A DNA stretch of 63,301 nucleotides, filler included, from Bigelowiella natans CCMP2755 (GCA_000320545.1; 4 parts of 4 records of this genome joined end to end with filler, not necessarily neighbours in it); one strand, 5' to 3'; positions 44,870 to 57,351 are shown, numbered from the whole stretch's first letter. Notes: a model not told the origin generated them from the letters alone. Program-made: numbers and translations.

Positions 44870-47800
44870 TTTACGCCTTTGTACCTTTTCCGTTTTCAAC
44901 CATTAGAGGTGACTCTGGATTATGGGGAACGTAAGTGTGGAACCCCGGAGAATTAAAGTTACAAGAATCATTCCCATCGTCACAAATTCCGTCGTCATCA
45001 TTCTCGGTAAGCCACCACCTAAGAATATCATTGTTCAGCTGAATGCGAAGCAACACAAATTAATGGCATACAAATATATAGCATCCCTCATCTTGAATTT
45101 GATTCTTGTTAGAAGTGACTTCTGCATCGTATTCAAATAGAAAGTATCGTCAAACGCCATGAAAATGTGTGAATTGCATTGCGTTAGAAAGTATCCATTG
45201 CCCGAACGGTTGTAAGCTGGACTTTCTGAGATTGCAGCAAAACTCCACTTTGCGAACAAATTGATTGCTGCTAACTATAAAATTGAATGTTACTTAAACT
45301 TGTATGAGAACAAAAACTGCATTTTCAACTTGTTCTTTTGTGCAGCCTCCAAACTCTCTATCCGTCGCCCAAGGAAACGGTGTTGCGGGAAAACGTGTTG
45401 CGGCTGGAGTTATATTAGTCAATAGCAACATAGCAACATTAAAAGAAATTTACACAAAATACCTTCCGATACTGGTGGCACAGGCTCAAAAACTTTCAAG
45501 AATTCTGGGAAAGTATTTCCGAGACAAGTAAATCCAACCCTAGAAAGAAGAAAGACAGTTTGTCATCCACTTGTAGTTGTCTGAAATGACTTTTGAATCT
45601 ACACATATTTGCATTTAGTAGGTTTACCCAAAATTCCCAAGAATATCTCCAACAAATGAGAACCCTGGTGCAAGAGGAATACTAGGGGCGCCTTATTATT
45701 AAGAACATGGAATAAAAAATAAAGGTAAGTTCGACTAAAGCAAGAAGTTTCTGAAACAAAAATGGAGCGATTCAAATTTCAAATAAGATATATTTCAGGA
45801 ATAGGCAACAATCAGAATGTGTGTTTCAATTTACCTGGGAAGAGTAATGGCGTTCTTCATGAATAGAGAAAAATAATTAAAATGTGATATACGTTAGTAT
45901 CATCCAACTGTTGGTACAAAATAGACAAAAATATATATAGGTATTTATTTACACTCCAGCTACGGCGAGGCCAAAGAAAAACTGGTCAACCAGAGACTGC
46001 CATAAATTTTAATTTATATACTGTCTGGGCAAGTTGGTAATGCAACAAGTACTTGTACGATGAAAAAACTCTCATCAGATGCTTCGATAACAGGGCCCGG
46101 GAACATGCACTGAAATCTCACTGAATCGCCTGAAATGTAATTCAAAAATATAATTCTTCGAAGACTCATCATTTAAGCTGGTGTACCTGCATCAAGTGGT
46201 AGATTCTGAATACAGTTGTTCTCAATATTGTCTAATCCATTCCAGAGAGTCTAAAATATGAAAACAGCTGCTATATCAGCTTCATATAGAAAAAAAAAAA
46301 TCCTTCTTACTCGCACTCCTAGTTGATAAATATCAGGATTAAGTCCTGGAGAACCAAATGGATCGAAGGGAATTGGCATCGTCGCTCCAGTTGATAAGTC
46401 AAGTTGCAGATTTTGACCAGGGAAAATGTACCCTATTTCATTTCAAGATGAATTTGAATACCTAAAACTTTAAATGCTTTCGAACCTGAAAGGACAAGAA
46501 CCTTGAATTTTTCCACCTGAATAATAGAATCAAGCATTACGAAACTATAGATATTTTTACGCGGTCTTACATCGCTGAGATAGGATCGCCTTATGTAGTC
46601 CGCATGTAGTACAGCCGCAACGCCCCCCCCAGAGGCACCAGCGAGTAGAACCTTACATAATATCACTTGAATAACTTCTCACCATTGAATTTAAGGCCGA
46701 CGGCCAAAGGCAAAATATCTGCTTTTTGATTACTTTATTACATAGAAAACTTGTAACACCTTCTTAGCGTGCCCTATGCCGTATTGATTCACTAGGGTAT
46801 CCATTACAGCGTCTAGGTTCACTCTAATAAAACAATATTTTACTTAATTGTAAAAACAAAGAACCAACAGAATAACATACGAGATGATGGAATTTACTCA
46901 TATCTTTTGAAATCTTCGTGTGTATAGTGTTTAGACTGTATTCATATAACCTTCCCCGTTGGAATACAGTAATATTTTGAGCTCCACTTTTTAACACTTG
47001 ACACGCAGGGAGGTCGTCTAGCTGAGCCTGTGATAATCCAAATGTACCTAGAGACTGGTTGCAAGAATAATCTTAGACTTTAGACATAAATTTCAGCTTA
47101 AAGTGCAACCTCAACACATTGAAAGCACTGAGGAGGTGTAAACGGGGGTGGAGGAAGACTTGGACTGAAACAGTCCTCAAGGGGCGCCTCATACTTCGCA
47201 TTCCCAGTGAAGACATCCGAGGAACAAGTAGGAATGAAAATTCGGGTATAGAAAGAAAATATGAAGTTCGTGAAGTGATTTGTACTGATGCACACCATTG
47301 AGATAAATCAGGTCAGAAAAGACATAATAGAGACAAAACTACCTGAGAATTCCTTGACCGTATAGTCTGACATTATCGGTAGAGTTTTTTAGATTTGAAG
47401 GAAGAGAATCTGGGAAATAGGTAGAACTTCCAACGTCTGCTACGAACGATCTTTGGGCACAATCTCGATCACTAAAACAGGTTCGGCCATCTCCAAACAT
47501 AATCAAGACGCGATTTTGGAAGATTCCCTTAGAAACATAGAATACTGGCTTTGTCCCATCGAGACATGCCGCATCAGAGAAGAACTTTGATCCCTCCCAA
47601 AGAGTTTGTTTCTTAAAAGGTCTATTGAACAATCCTGATTATCATTTTAGGCACTCTATGATGATGACACACATGTTCTATTGGTTATTACCCCCCTCCT
47701 TGACGCGTGCTAACACGTTCGATGGAAGATTCAGTCGTTCCAGATCGACAAAGCTTGGGGTATAACGCGACTCCCCGCCTGGTTCCAAAGTAGCGAAGTT

Positions 47801-47890
47801 CATTTTAGCATCGTGCCAGGCACCGTCGGCTTGGTTCGAGCCATAGAAGACAAATAGCCCAATGATGACTAATGATTCTCGATTCATCAT
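44870..47890 (-). CDS. Secreted pectin acetylesterase / Notum family alpha-beta hydrolase, multi-exon
   Basis: Signal-like N-terminus MMNRESLVIIGLFVF; AACLDGTKPVFY; IMFGDGRTCFSDRDCAQRS..GSS; IFIPTCSSDVFTGN; nucleophile elbow LLAGASGGG; CMFP. 3' end approximate. Confidence 0.85.
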
Positions 47891-48059
47891 CTTGCTGGTT
47901 GTTCCTAACAAAGTCAAAGGCCGCGGAACAAGGCTCAGTGTGGAATGAATGGGGTCTGCATGCAGGATTGCCGAGCAAGTACCAAGAGTAATTAATGATT
48001 AAATCGTCGCGACAACCGAAGTTTCAAGTCGCACCATTCAAACCTCCGTTGGTACAAAT

Positions 48060-48651
48060 TCTCTGCAGACATTCTTGCGTGGGAGACTGTGAAATCCCTG
48101 CCTTTTCAACGAAAAATTGTGACACATCATCTGTCACAGGCGACTTTTCCTCTCGTGAAAATGGCATTGCGCATGTCGCACTGCACATTTTCCCAAGCGT
48201 TCGATTTGCAGCGACAGGAATTCATTCACGTCCAAAACTTAGCCAGCAAATTCCCGGAGTCAAGAGCAAGCTCATCCCGAAGGAGCGGGTTTCGGCCAAC
48301 GTTGCAACATTGTCCATGTCGTCATCGGTGCAATGTGGATGCGGCAGTCACTGTCCATGGAACGGTCGACTGAACATGAATGACTAGTGAACGAGGCAGT
48401 GTTGGCACAATGAAAGAAAGAAAGAAAGACATTGAGCAGAAAGAACAATGCTTGATGATCGACCACGTTTCCAAAACTGGCAAAGTGTTGCACGTGGCAC
48501 TTGCCAGCTCTGGAGCTCACGTTTCGATCTGGCTGCTGCGTCAAGGAAGAAACACGGTCATCACGTTCACAATTGACGGGCACCTCGATGGGTTGTGCAC
48601 TCTCACAACTAGGTGAAAAGCGCAATGTGAGCTGCGCCGGCTTTGCAAATG
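48060..48651. other. TpA-depleted intergenic tract (insertion site of the LTR element)
   Basis: About three TA in ~590 bp (TTAG, CTAG, CTAG); TA density jumps at 48652. Confidence 0.9.
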
Positions 48652-48977
48652 TGTAGCGCGTACCACTACGCGGGCACAAGTCACGTGCGACAACAAAGGG
48701 GTTGTCGCGGATATAGAATATAGATAACGTAGATATTAATACAGCATAGGCACGTGGGTTCCGGCGGGACTCATGGCAGCACACCGGAAGTGTGCTGCCC
48801 CACGTGCGGCGGCATTCGCGAAAGCTTCGCGAATGATTACGCAGTGCACGATTTAATAAAAATATAATCTTTAATAAAAATAAACACAACTCTTCAAAAG
48901 GAAGCAAACATGCCTTTCCCCCCCCCTGCCTACTTGTGCACGTAGCGCCTCGGCCTGTGAACACCTTACGCGCAACA
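48652..48977 (+). repeat. 5' LTR (326 bp)
   Basis: Begins TGTAGCGCGTA and ends TACGCGCAACA (10/11 terminal inverted repeat, TG...CA). Two AATAAA (~48855, ~48873). Followed after 5 nt by a PBS. Confidence 0.85.
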
Positions 48978-48982
48978 ACCTT

Positions 48983-49000
48983 TGGCTTCCACACACGGGA
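48983..49000 (+). promoter_or_regulatory. tRNA primer-binding site
   Basis: TGGCTTCCACACACGGGA (18 nt). Its complement TCCCGTGTGTGGAAGCCA fits tRNA positions 59-76 (T-stem, acceptor strand, discriminator G, CCA). tRNA identity not determined. Confidence 0.8.
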
Positions 49001-49016
49001 AACGATTTGACTAACA

Positions 49017-50006
49017 ATGTCACAGCAGCTAGAAGAACAGCAGGACTTTGGCTCGCAGGCCGTGCAAGGGCACGAGCAGAAACAGGAAAGGAAGGGCGAT
49101 ACGGACGCTAAGGAAGGAGGAGGAACACCTCCACAGGCACCGCCGGGACCAGCACCCGGGATTAAGAAAGCAGATGCAGCAGCAGAGGCACTGGAGAACT
49201 TCTACGAGGCGGACGACGAGGACGTGGCCGCCGAAAGCAAGAAGGTCGTAATGGCATTACGAGCCTTGCGACCCAGGGCGAGCAACTACGCCAAACTGAA
49301 AGTATCGATAGAATACAAGTATCAGACACATGATGTTTGGGCAGCTATCATGCAGGACATCATGGATTACGAAGCAGACTTACCTCCAGAGTGGGCAGCT
49401 TTGTTTAGGAACGACGGGGGTCTGGGCGCCTCGCGGGGGACGACCCAGAGCACCGTCAAGCAGCAGCAGCCGGTACAGCGGAACACCCAGTTCATGTCTG
49501 TTAAAACAGCACCGGTTATGATAACGAAATACAACGGGAAAAGAGGTGAGGCAAGGAGGTGGTGGAAGAACGCTAGGAGTATACTCTGCGACTTTACCCC
49601 TAACCCCACCGAAAACGACAAGCTCAAATGGCTAGCTATAATAAAGCAAGCCATGGACCTTTACGAGACAGGCAGGACCCGGATCAGGCAGCTAGAGAAA
49701 ATACACACTACAGTTAGTGGGCTACGAGACGTTGAGGCGATAATGAAGGCTTTTGTAAATGAACAGGATGCTAACTCCCTACCCCAGGCTATTAGAAAAT
49801 ACAGAGCAATGATGCAGCATGAGAGAGAACCTGTTAGAGACTTTGCCACGCGCTTCCAGGATATGATCGACGAACTACATGATTTTAATTACAACACAGG
49901 TGATGATCAGGCAAGGTTTGAAGAGTTCAAGTTAAAGATAAAGGAATCCACTTACGTTACGGAGAAAGGCTACACCACGATGGAAGCCAAAGGTTGTTGC
50001 GCGTAA
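49017..50006 (+). CDS. Gag N-terminal/capsid part, terminated by a stop inside the inverted insertion
   Basis: KYNGKRGEARRWW and MQHEREPVRDFATRF are retrotransposon gag-like motifs; same frame as the 50154 ORF. Confidence 0.85.
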   Translation: MSQQLEEQQDFGSQAVQGHEQKQERKGDTDAKEGGGTPPQAPPGPAPGIKKADAAAEALENFYEADDEDVAAESKKVVMALRALRPRASNYAKLKVSIEYKYQTHDVWAAIMQDIMDYEADLPPEWAALFRNDGGLGASRGTTQSTVKQQQPVQRNTQFMSVKTAPVMITKYNGKRGEARRWWKNARSILCDFTPNPTENDKLKWLAIIKQAMDLYETGRTRIRQLEKIHTTVSGLRDVEAIMKAFVNEQDANSLPQAIRKYRAMMQHEREPVRDFATRFQDMIDELHDFNYNTGDDQARFEEFKLKIKESTYVTEKGYTTMEAKGCCA

Positions 50007-50150
50007 GGTGTTCACAGGCCGAGGCGCTACGTGCACAAGTAGGCAGGGGGGGGGAAAGGCATGTTTGCTTCCTTTTGAAGAGTTGTGTTTATTTTTATTA
50101 AAGATTATATTTTTATTAAATCGTGCACTGCGTAATCATTCGCGAAGCTT
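49981..50150 (-). repeat. 170-bp inverted copy of the element's own 48822-48991 (LTR 3' half + spacer + 9 nt of PBS) inserted in gag
   Basis: Exact reverse complement by eye; flanked by duplicated ACGA (49977-49980 and 50151-50154), or ACGATGGA if the microhomology is counted. Confidence 0.95.
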
Positions 50151-50153
50151 ACG

Positions 50154-53100
50154 ATGGAGGCAGCAGTGCAGGCTATATCCCTACGCGAGCAGGAGCAGGA
50201 CCGCAAGTTTACCAGCCCTAAGGTACCTGGCATAGGAAACATTAACGCTATTAAGCCGCAGCGAGACTGGTACAAGGACAGGGAAGGTAACCGACGTTGC
50301 GGATACTGCTCACGTAAAGGGAAACACACCGCTAAAGACTGCAGAGACAGGAAAGAAGGACGACCCAGGATGACGATCAGGCAGCTCAACGAACACTACG
50401 AGAAGTTAAAGAGAAAGAAAGGCAGAGGACAAGGATATAACAACAGCAAATGGCAAGGCAGCAACAACGGGAAGAACAATAAATATAAGAACAAAAAGCA
50501 GAACAGTATCAATGCTATACAGCAGCAGATAAACGGAATATTAGATCACCTTAAGCAGGCGCCGACGAAGACAGCAGTACCAGCAACGCAGGACCAAGAC
50601 AAGCCCATGACCCTAGACGACATAAAGAACTTAGGAGTATGCAACATTAATGACGAAGACGCTAACAGGACTATCAAAGTTGCTATGACCAAGGTTAAAG
50701 TTAAAGACAGCTACGGAGACTACAAGAAACTACCTGCCCTTTGGGATAGTGGCAGCATGCCGAAGTCCTTCATAAGCCTAAGCACAGTAAGAAGGTTAGG
50801 ACTATTGGATCAAGTGACTAAGAAAGAACGTAAATATGCTCAAGCAGACGGAAGCTCTTCTATGAAGACCGTCGGTGAGCTAATGCTAAAGCTACAGATA
50901 CCTGGCAGCGACGCGGAGACCCAAATCAAGACCCGAGTAGCCATGACTTTATCCATGGAACTACTCCTCGGACAGGATGCCCTAGAAAAATTAGGGGGGA
51001 TCATATCATTCTACAATCACAAGATATACTTTGCTAAGTTGCCAAAGAAGTCAGGCAGGACCATCAGCCAGAACATGATACGGCTTGACGAGTGGACCTC
51101 TGAGTCAAGCGTTAATGCGTTAGAGTTTATGGACCTAGCGGACAACAAGCTACCTACACCTACCGAGCTACGGAAGAAGAACCCCGGCAAGACCATCCGA
51201 CAGATAACGGAGCTACTGGACAAGACCCCCCCAGCTGATGATTGGGATATCGACAAAGGCAAAAAGTACATTAATAAAATATTAAACGAGAAGTACTCTG
51301 ACATCACCAAGCCGACGACGAAGCCCTCCAGCAAGCTTACCCCAGTAAAGATCGAGCTAAAGAAGGGATACGAAGAGTGCATCATCAATGACCCAGAACA
51401 TAGGCGACCGGAAGCGGACTGGGAAAAGATAGAGTGGCAGATCAATGAATGGGCAAAGGAAGGGAAGATAGAGCCAAGCAACTCACCATGGAACGTGAGA
51501 CATGTGCTAGCTAAGAAACCTACTTACCCTTTCTTCCGCCTGGCGCACAACTTCATCCGCCACAACCGAGTAATAAAGAGGATCCAGACACCTACACCAA
51601 GGATAGATGACGTTATTGAACACGTCATAGGATACAAATACTACTCTTCCCTAGATAAAAATGAATCATACATGCAGACACCCATCCACAAAACCTCCCG
51701 CCCCATTACCGCGTTCTCCAGCAGGCACAGGAAGTGGCACTTCGTCGTATTCCCTTACGGCCTAAGCATATCAGGGGATGCGTTCAGTAGTCAGAACTAC
51801 AGGGCATACACACATGATGGGATGGCGTCTGTGTTGTGGGTGTTTGTGTTTGTGTATGTGGATGATGACATAATATGTACCAACACAGTCGTCGCTCAGA
51901 TCTTCCTCCTGGAAAATATATTTATTAGGTTTGCACACTTCGGTTTTACTATTAGACTGCAGAAGTGTACATTCCTAGCTACAAGAATCAAGTGGTGTGG
52001 ATATTACCTGGAGCAAGGCCGCATCACCCCAAACCCCGAGAAAGTAGCAGCACTACAGCAAGCCCCTAAACCTAAGAATGCAAAGGAGTTAAAGTCATTC
52101 TTGCAGACTGCAGCTTGGATACTACGTAGGTTCTCCCCTACCTACGCTAGGACTGCAGCTGCTTTTACTACTGCTTACCGGAAGGAGAACTCTGTAGGCC
52201 TCAGCTTCGCTAAGGTGTGGGCCAAGGCTGGCCTTGATGCCCACTTCGATAACCTAATAAAGTTATGCAGCAACACCCTATTGAATGCTAAGCTAGACAC
52301 TACTAGACCAGCTACCCTATGGACAGACTGGTCTAAGCTAGGTATGGCTGCTGTACTTACCCAAGACCAGCAGATCATACGGGTGTGGGGCAGGGCCTGC
52401 ACAGCAGCTGAGGCCAAGTACAGCCCTACAAAAGGAGAGTATAAAGCCATGACTGAGGCGCAGAGGAAACTAAGATACTACCTGCTGTCGGTGCCCAGCT
52501 TCACCTTAATGACTGACCACAAGCCCCTCCTAGGCATCGACCGCAAGCTCGAAGCGCCTAACGATGAGTATGCAGCTATGAGGGCGGACACGGAAGAGTT
52601 TAGGGACAAGAGGACAGTGGTCTACGCACCAGGAGACAAGCAGCTTGCTGACTATTTCAGCAGGCTGTTCGAAAAGAAAGTCCCTACCCAGGTCACCCCT
52701 ATGGTTAACGCGATTACCTTCGAGGACGGCGACTTCCTGCCTGAGCCAGAGGAGCTCCAGCACCTTCAAGAACACCTGGATAAATACAAACACAAGCATG
52801 AGGTACTTAGTGATAGGATATATGTATACACTAATAATGTTAGGCGTACCTACGTGCCACGGCGGACCAGGGGAGCCCTTCTCTTTACCGCCCATGGACC
52901 TGCACACGTAGGAGAAAACCATATCACTGCTCTACTCTACCATTACTACTGGCCCTACAAGCTAAAAGAGATAAGGACATACCTGCGTGGCTGCAGGTGC
53001 TCCAGCTTGAAGGCGGCAGGCGTCGCCACCAAGGAGTCCAGCAAGAGCCGTGCATCTAAGAAAATCAAAGCAAGGAACTTCTTAGATATCGTGCAAATTG

Positions 53101-54064
53101 ATGTTTATAAGTACGATGGCTATCACTACCTTACCTTCGTTGATGTGGCCACTGGAAAGTGCTGGGTTAAAAAGATTATCAAGGTCAACGTTGCTAAGAA
53201 GAACAAAGGCTTATATAAGCAGAGGCTTACTAACTGCTACCGTACCTGGGAGTCTGAGCTCCAGGCTATCCCTGATGAAGTTAGCATAAACAAGATACCA
53301 AAGAAGTTACATGTGGATAATGAGACCTCTCTTCTACAGCTACCACACCCTAATATTGATGCCTCACCTGTATACTATGCCCAGTCCAACTCCAAGGTAG
53401 AGCGACTCCACCGCACCTTGGCCAACCTAAGCAGGATAAATAGCACCACACCAGACAAGATACAAGGGTTAGTAAACGACACCTTCACGTCTGGGGGAGG
53501 TATCAAGGATAAGGAGAGGGAAGAAGGCGACGACAACGACGACGATACCGAGAGCGAAGACGAGAAGGTCCCGTACGATGGCCGAGTTCTAAAGGAAGGA
53601 CAGTATGTTAGGGCCAAGGTAAATCTGAGATCGAGAAATAAACAAGACCCCTTCTGGGGTGGCGTTGCAAAGGTTACCGAGAGGAAGGGGAGGAAGCAGT
53701 ACTACATCTATGATGGGAACAGGGTCACCTTGCGCCACATCAGTCACCTAAAGAATTATGATATCGGTGAGAAGCTCCTAGAGGATGTTAAAGTAAACCC
53801 TACTGTGTGGGAGCGAGCAATGCCTTGTTTAGGACCCCGACCTAAGTTCGATGTGGAATATGGAAACAATAAGGTCAGGGTGAACGACGATTGGCGCATG
53901 AAGATTGTCTATCTAGGCTACCCTGGATTACGAAATATGGAGAGGGTAGCTATGAAAATAAAGGACGGAAAATATCAGCTACTCTACCTAGCTGTTCCCG
54001 ACTTACCCTTTGAGCACTGGTATAAGGTCCTGGGGGACCTTGATGCAGAGGGCTGGTATGGACA
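50154..54064 (+). CDS. Gag zinc knuckle + Pol (protease, RT, RNase H, integrase, C-terminal MTase-like extension), truncated by the gap
   Basis: CGYCSRKGKHTAKDC (CX2CX5HX4C); ALWDSGS (~50745); YVDD (51855-51866); WTDWS...TDHKPL; AHGPAH..YYWP..CRC; VQID / HVDN / KVER catalytic D,D,E. Confidence 0.95.
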
Positions 54065-54164
54065 NNNNNNNNNNNNNNNNNNNNNNNNNNNNNNNNNNNN
54101 NNNNNNNNTTAATTAATTAANNNNNNNNNNNNNNNNNNNNNNNNNNNNNNNNNNNNNNNNNNNN
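54065..54164. other. Scaffold gap with artificial linker
   Basis: 44 N + TTAATTAATTAA + 44 N. Confidence 0.97.
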
Positions 54165-54366
54165 GGGGGGGTAGGAAAGAAAGGGGGTAGAAATACACTC
54201 TTTTGCGAGATCCATCGCTGTGTGGGAAATAATAATGCCTGAGATAGCGTCTTTGAGTCGAACCCGATCTCCAGAGCACACAGACTACACTCGCACCAAA
54301 CCCTGTTGTTGTCGGTGTCGTAGTCGATGTCGTGGTCGTTACTCATGCTGCTGTTGCTGCCATGTA

Positions 54367-55439
54367 GGTTCTCCTAATTATATTCTACCTGATCGTCAAG
54401 CGGAAGGGAGAGGCGTTCGCCCATATTATGGGCGAGACGCTCTCCGAGTCGATGCGAATATCGTTCAAGATCGCACTGCACATCAGCGACTTCGTTTCCG
54501 ATCTAACCAGTTATATTTTCATTCTACAATCTGAGCAGCTGGCAAAGTGTGAAGAAAAGGGGAGACTAGGGGTTTGGGGGGATTGGACTGTGCATGTATA
54601 TGCGTATTATCATTGTAGAGAAAGACAAAGAAGCCTACTTCCTATACACGTACCCATACGATTGTGCTACTACTACTACTACTACTATTACTACTATTAC
54701 TACTACTGCTACTGCTTCTGCTGTGTGTATTAGTTACCGGATTCCATATAGTATCTTCTTGCTCCTTGGAGGCATCTGCTCCCTCGTTGAAATTTGGCTC
54801 TGCCTCCTCGCTCTGCGCCGCATCATATTTCAGAAGGAGACCAGGATGAGCGACAACGCAGCATTCGTCGAACACTCGTCACACGTAATCCGCCACATAG
54901 TCATGGAAACCGGCGGCGTGATGACCCTCGGGCAAAAAGCGCAGATCGAGCTGATGATGAATAAGGCCAAGGGGGGCATGCAAATAAACTTCGTGTCCTT
55001 AGGAACATGCATGCTGGAGGACATTCCCTTCATCATAATGAACTCGTCGATTATCCTGACTGGCAAATCCCTCAGCGCTATCATCGTTGTCTCTCTCATG
55101 CTGAGCTGCATCCTCCTCGGTAATCGTTCCCAAGTCGTAGCGCGTTCTCCCTTTCCTCGCATGTTACATGCACGATCCACAGCTGTGATTTGTGTCCTGG
55201 CTAGCGCGCAGCACGAAAGCCACCGCAACCACCTCGACACATACAACGACAACAAACACATTCCTACTGTTTCCAGGCACTGCCTCTAACACACTGATGC
55301 GGCTAAAGCTCAGCATCGAGTCCCTCAAGCGTCTCGAGATTGAGATTAAGAAGACCAAGATTCGTCGGGAGTCGCGCATGGAGTCAAAGAGCCGCTTCGT
55401 CCCATCTAAGATATCCAGAGTATCAAGTAAATTTTCTCG

Positions 55440-55493
<54 letters not shown>

Positions 55494-56140
55494 GGCAGCA
55501 AAAATTAATTAGCAGCGTCCTTTACGTGTGTGTGGTCCGCCGCGCTCGTTTGTTCTTCGCAATTACAAAACGAGCGTAAATTCTACGTGTACGGTCGCTT
55601 ATGGCATCCTCTCCTCTCCCATTCTCACCAGAAAACTCCCGCGACGATTCGAGGAGCATGCCTTCCGTCAACGATCAGAATCAAAAGGTTTTGGACCTGA
55701 AGCCATTGAGCAGCCCGCAGGAAGGTGGCTCGCTCAACCTTTCTTCGCGTGCGAAGTCTCGGTCACATCATCATCAAAGCGACCACAGGATGAGGCAAAG
55801 GAGAGTGCCCCCCCTCTCCCTCCGCATCCAGAGGAACAGCTCGGGTCAGAGAGGTGGAGATGGCATTCCCGTGGGATCTGGAATAGTAAAGGCCAACAAT
55901 GCGGAAGAGAAGGGAGAACTACAGGTATTTATTGTGCATATGTGCTATGCATGCGTTCCTACAAGCATTCCAAATTTGTGGATGTTTGGAGTGATTGTTA
56001 AACACGGTATATGTTTTCATGGGTGCCGCAATGCTGATGCTGATCTCTAGCTTGCTGTCTAAACAGCGGGAAGGTAGTTCGGAGACTTCTACCCCCAATA
56101 AATTGAAACTGAGGACTATGAACGCGCCTGGCAGTCGCAT
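54367..56140 (+). CDS. Hypothetical multi-pass membrane protein, 3' part
   Basis: Hydrophobic exons (KIALHISDFVSDLTSYIFI; YSIFLLLGGICSLVEIWLCLL; LGTCMLEDIPFIIMNSSII; IIVVSLMLSCILLG) followed by an S/R-rich tail; boundaries approximate. Confidence 0.6.
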
Positions 56141-56279
56141 TGGAGGTGGTTACCGAGTCCACACAGTGCCATAGCTCTCCCCTACCTTCCTCCCCGACCC
56201 CCCCCTCTCTCTGTCCCACATCATAGATATTCCCCAAAATCTAGAGCATATACTAGCCACTCTCACCATTATCCTGAGT

Positions 56280-57310
56280 CAGCACGTTTTGTCTTAGAAT
56301 CTCCAATCATGTCCACGATATCACCGATGCCTTCGCCCCGGCTTGGGACACACTCCGATGCTTCTCCGTTGGCACAGGGACGAAAGATAATCGAGTCACA
56401 AGAGGGAGAGGAGGAGTAAATGCCACATACGACGGGAATAAAGCTCCATATATTTTCCTCCAGGTGCTTTTGGTGAAAAAGGATTATTGCATCGCCGATA
56501 TCTGCACCTTAGTAGTGTCTATCTTATAAAGAGCATTCTGCCCACAGTCTACTTCGTTAGTAGCAGAGCGTATTGACAACGATGTATATACATTAAATCC
56601 ACAGAGTTTGCTGCGAACATAGAGACGCGCTGTGAATAATGTGGTGTAGTAATTAAAAATGTGTCAGCTCAATGATTTTTCTGTAGCAATAATTATTCTT
56701 TAGCCCTAGTAATATATTTGGAATAATAACCGATGAAACGCGTAGGCGCTAGCTCCTGCATAGGTACAAGCGCCACATGCTTATATCTCGCCTTCAAAGT
56801 ATCACCAAAAAATGCAAAGGCCCTCCATGCTTATTAACTACGAATATAGTATATGCTATGTGCTAGTTTCTCCCCCGCCCTAATATTAATTCTGTTCGTA
56901 CGCACGCTCTTGATAATAGACATAAAGTCTTTCATGTGTGTACACATGTGATAGACATAAAACAGTAATAAAGCCTCTTATCTTATCTTGCATGTACGTC
57001 CTTGCGTGCGCAGTACGTGCAGCATGCATGTCCACGTGCGTAAGCCAAGGAGTGGCTCACTTATTGCTAATCGAAGTTACTCTAAATGATCTTGGTGCAG
57101 GTCGCTGGCTCCTTCTACTAATTCATTGTTGGGAGCGCTAGGAACTGAATTCGATGAAGGCCGGCCGCTAGACTTGCTGCTGGCAAGGTCGCTTGGATTA
57201 GAAGAAGGTCTCGCGCCGCCATCCCCCTCCTCTGGTTCGTCGTCCGTCGGTAGAACCTCAACCCGGTCTGATCCAATCTGCACACATCCACGTGAGAATG
57301 TAAGCCACCA

Positions 57311-57351
<41 letters not shown>

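Larger units (their letters stand above)
48652..54064 (+). mobile_element. Ty3/Gypsy LTR retrotransposon, 3' end lost in the gap
   Basis: 5' LTR, PBS, gag, then PR-RT-RNaseH-INT domain order. Confidence 0.95.

Noticed and set aside
50004-50154. Programmed read-through or frameshift between gag and pol
   Set aside because: The stop lies inside the inverted insertion; without it gag and pol form one ORF.
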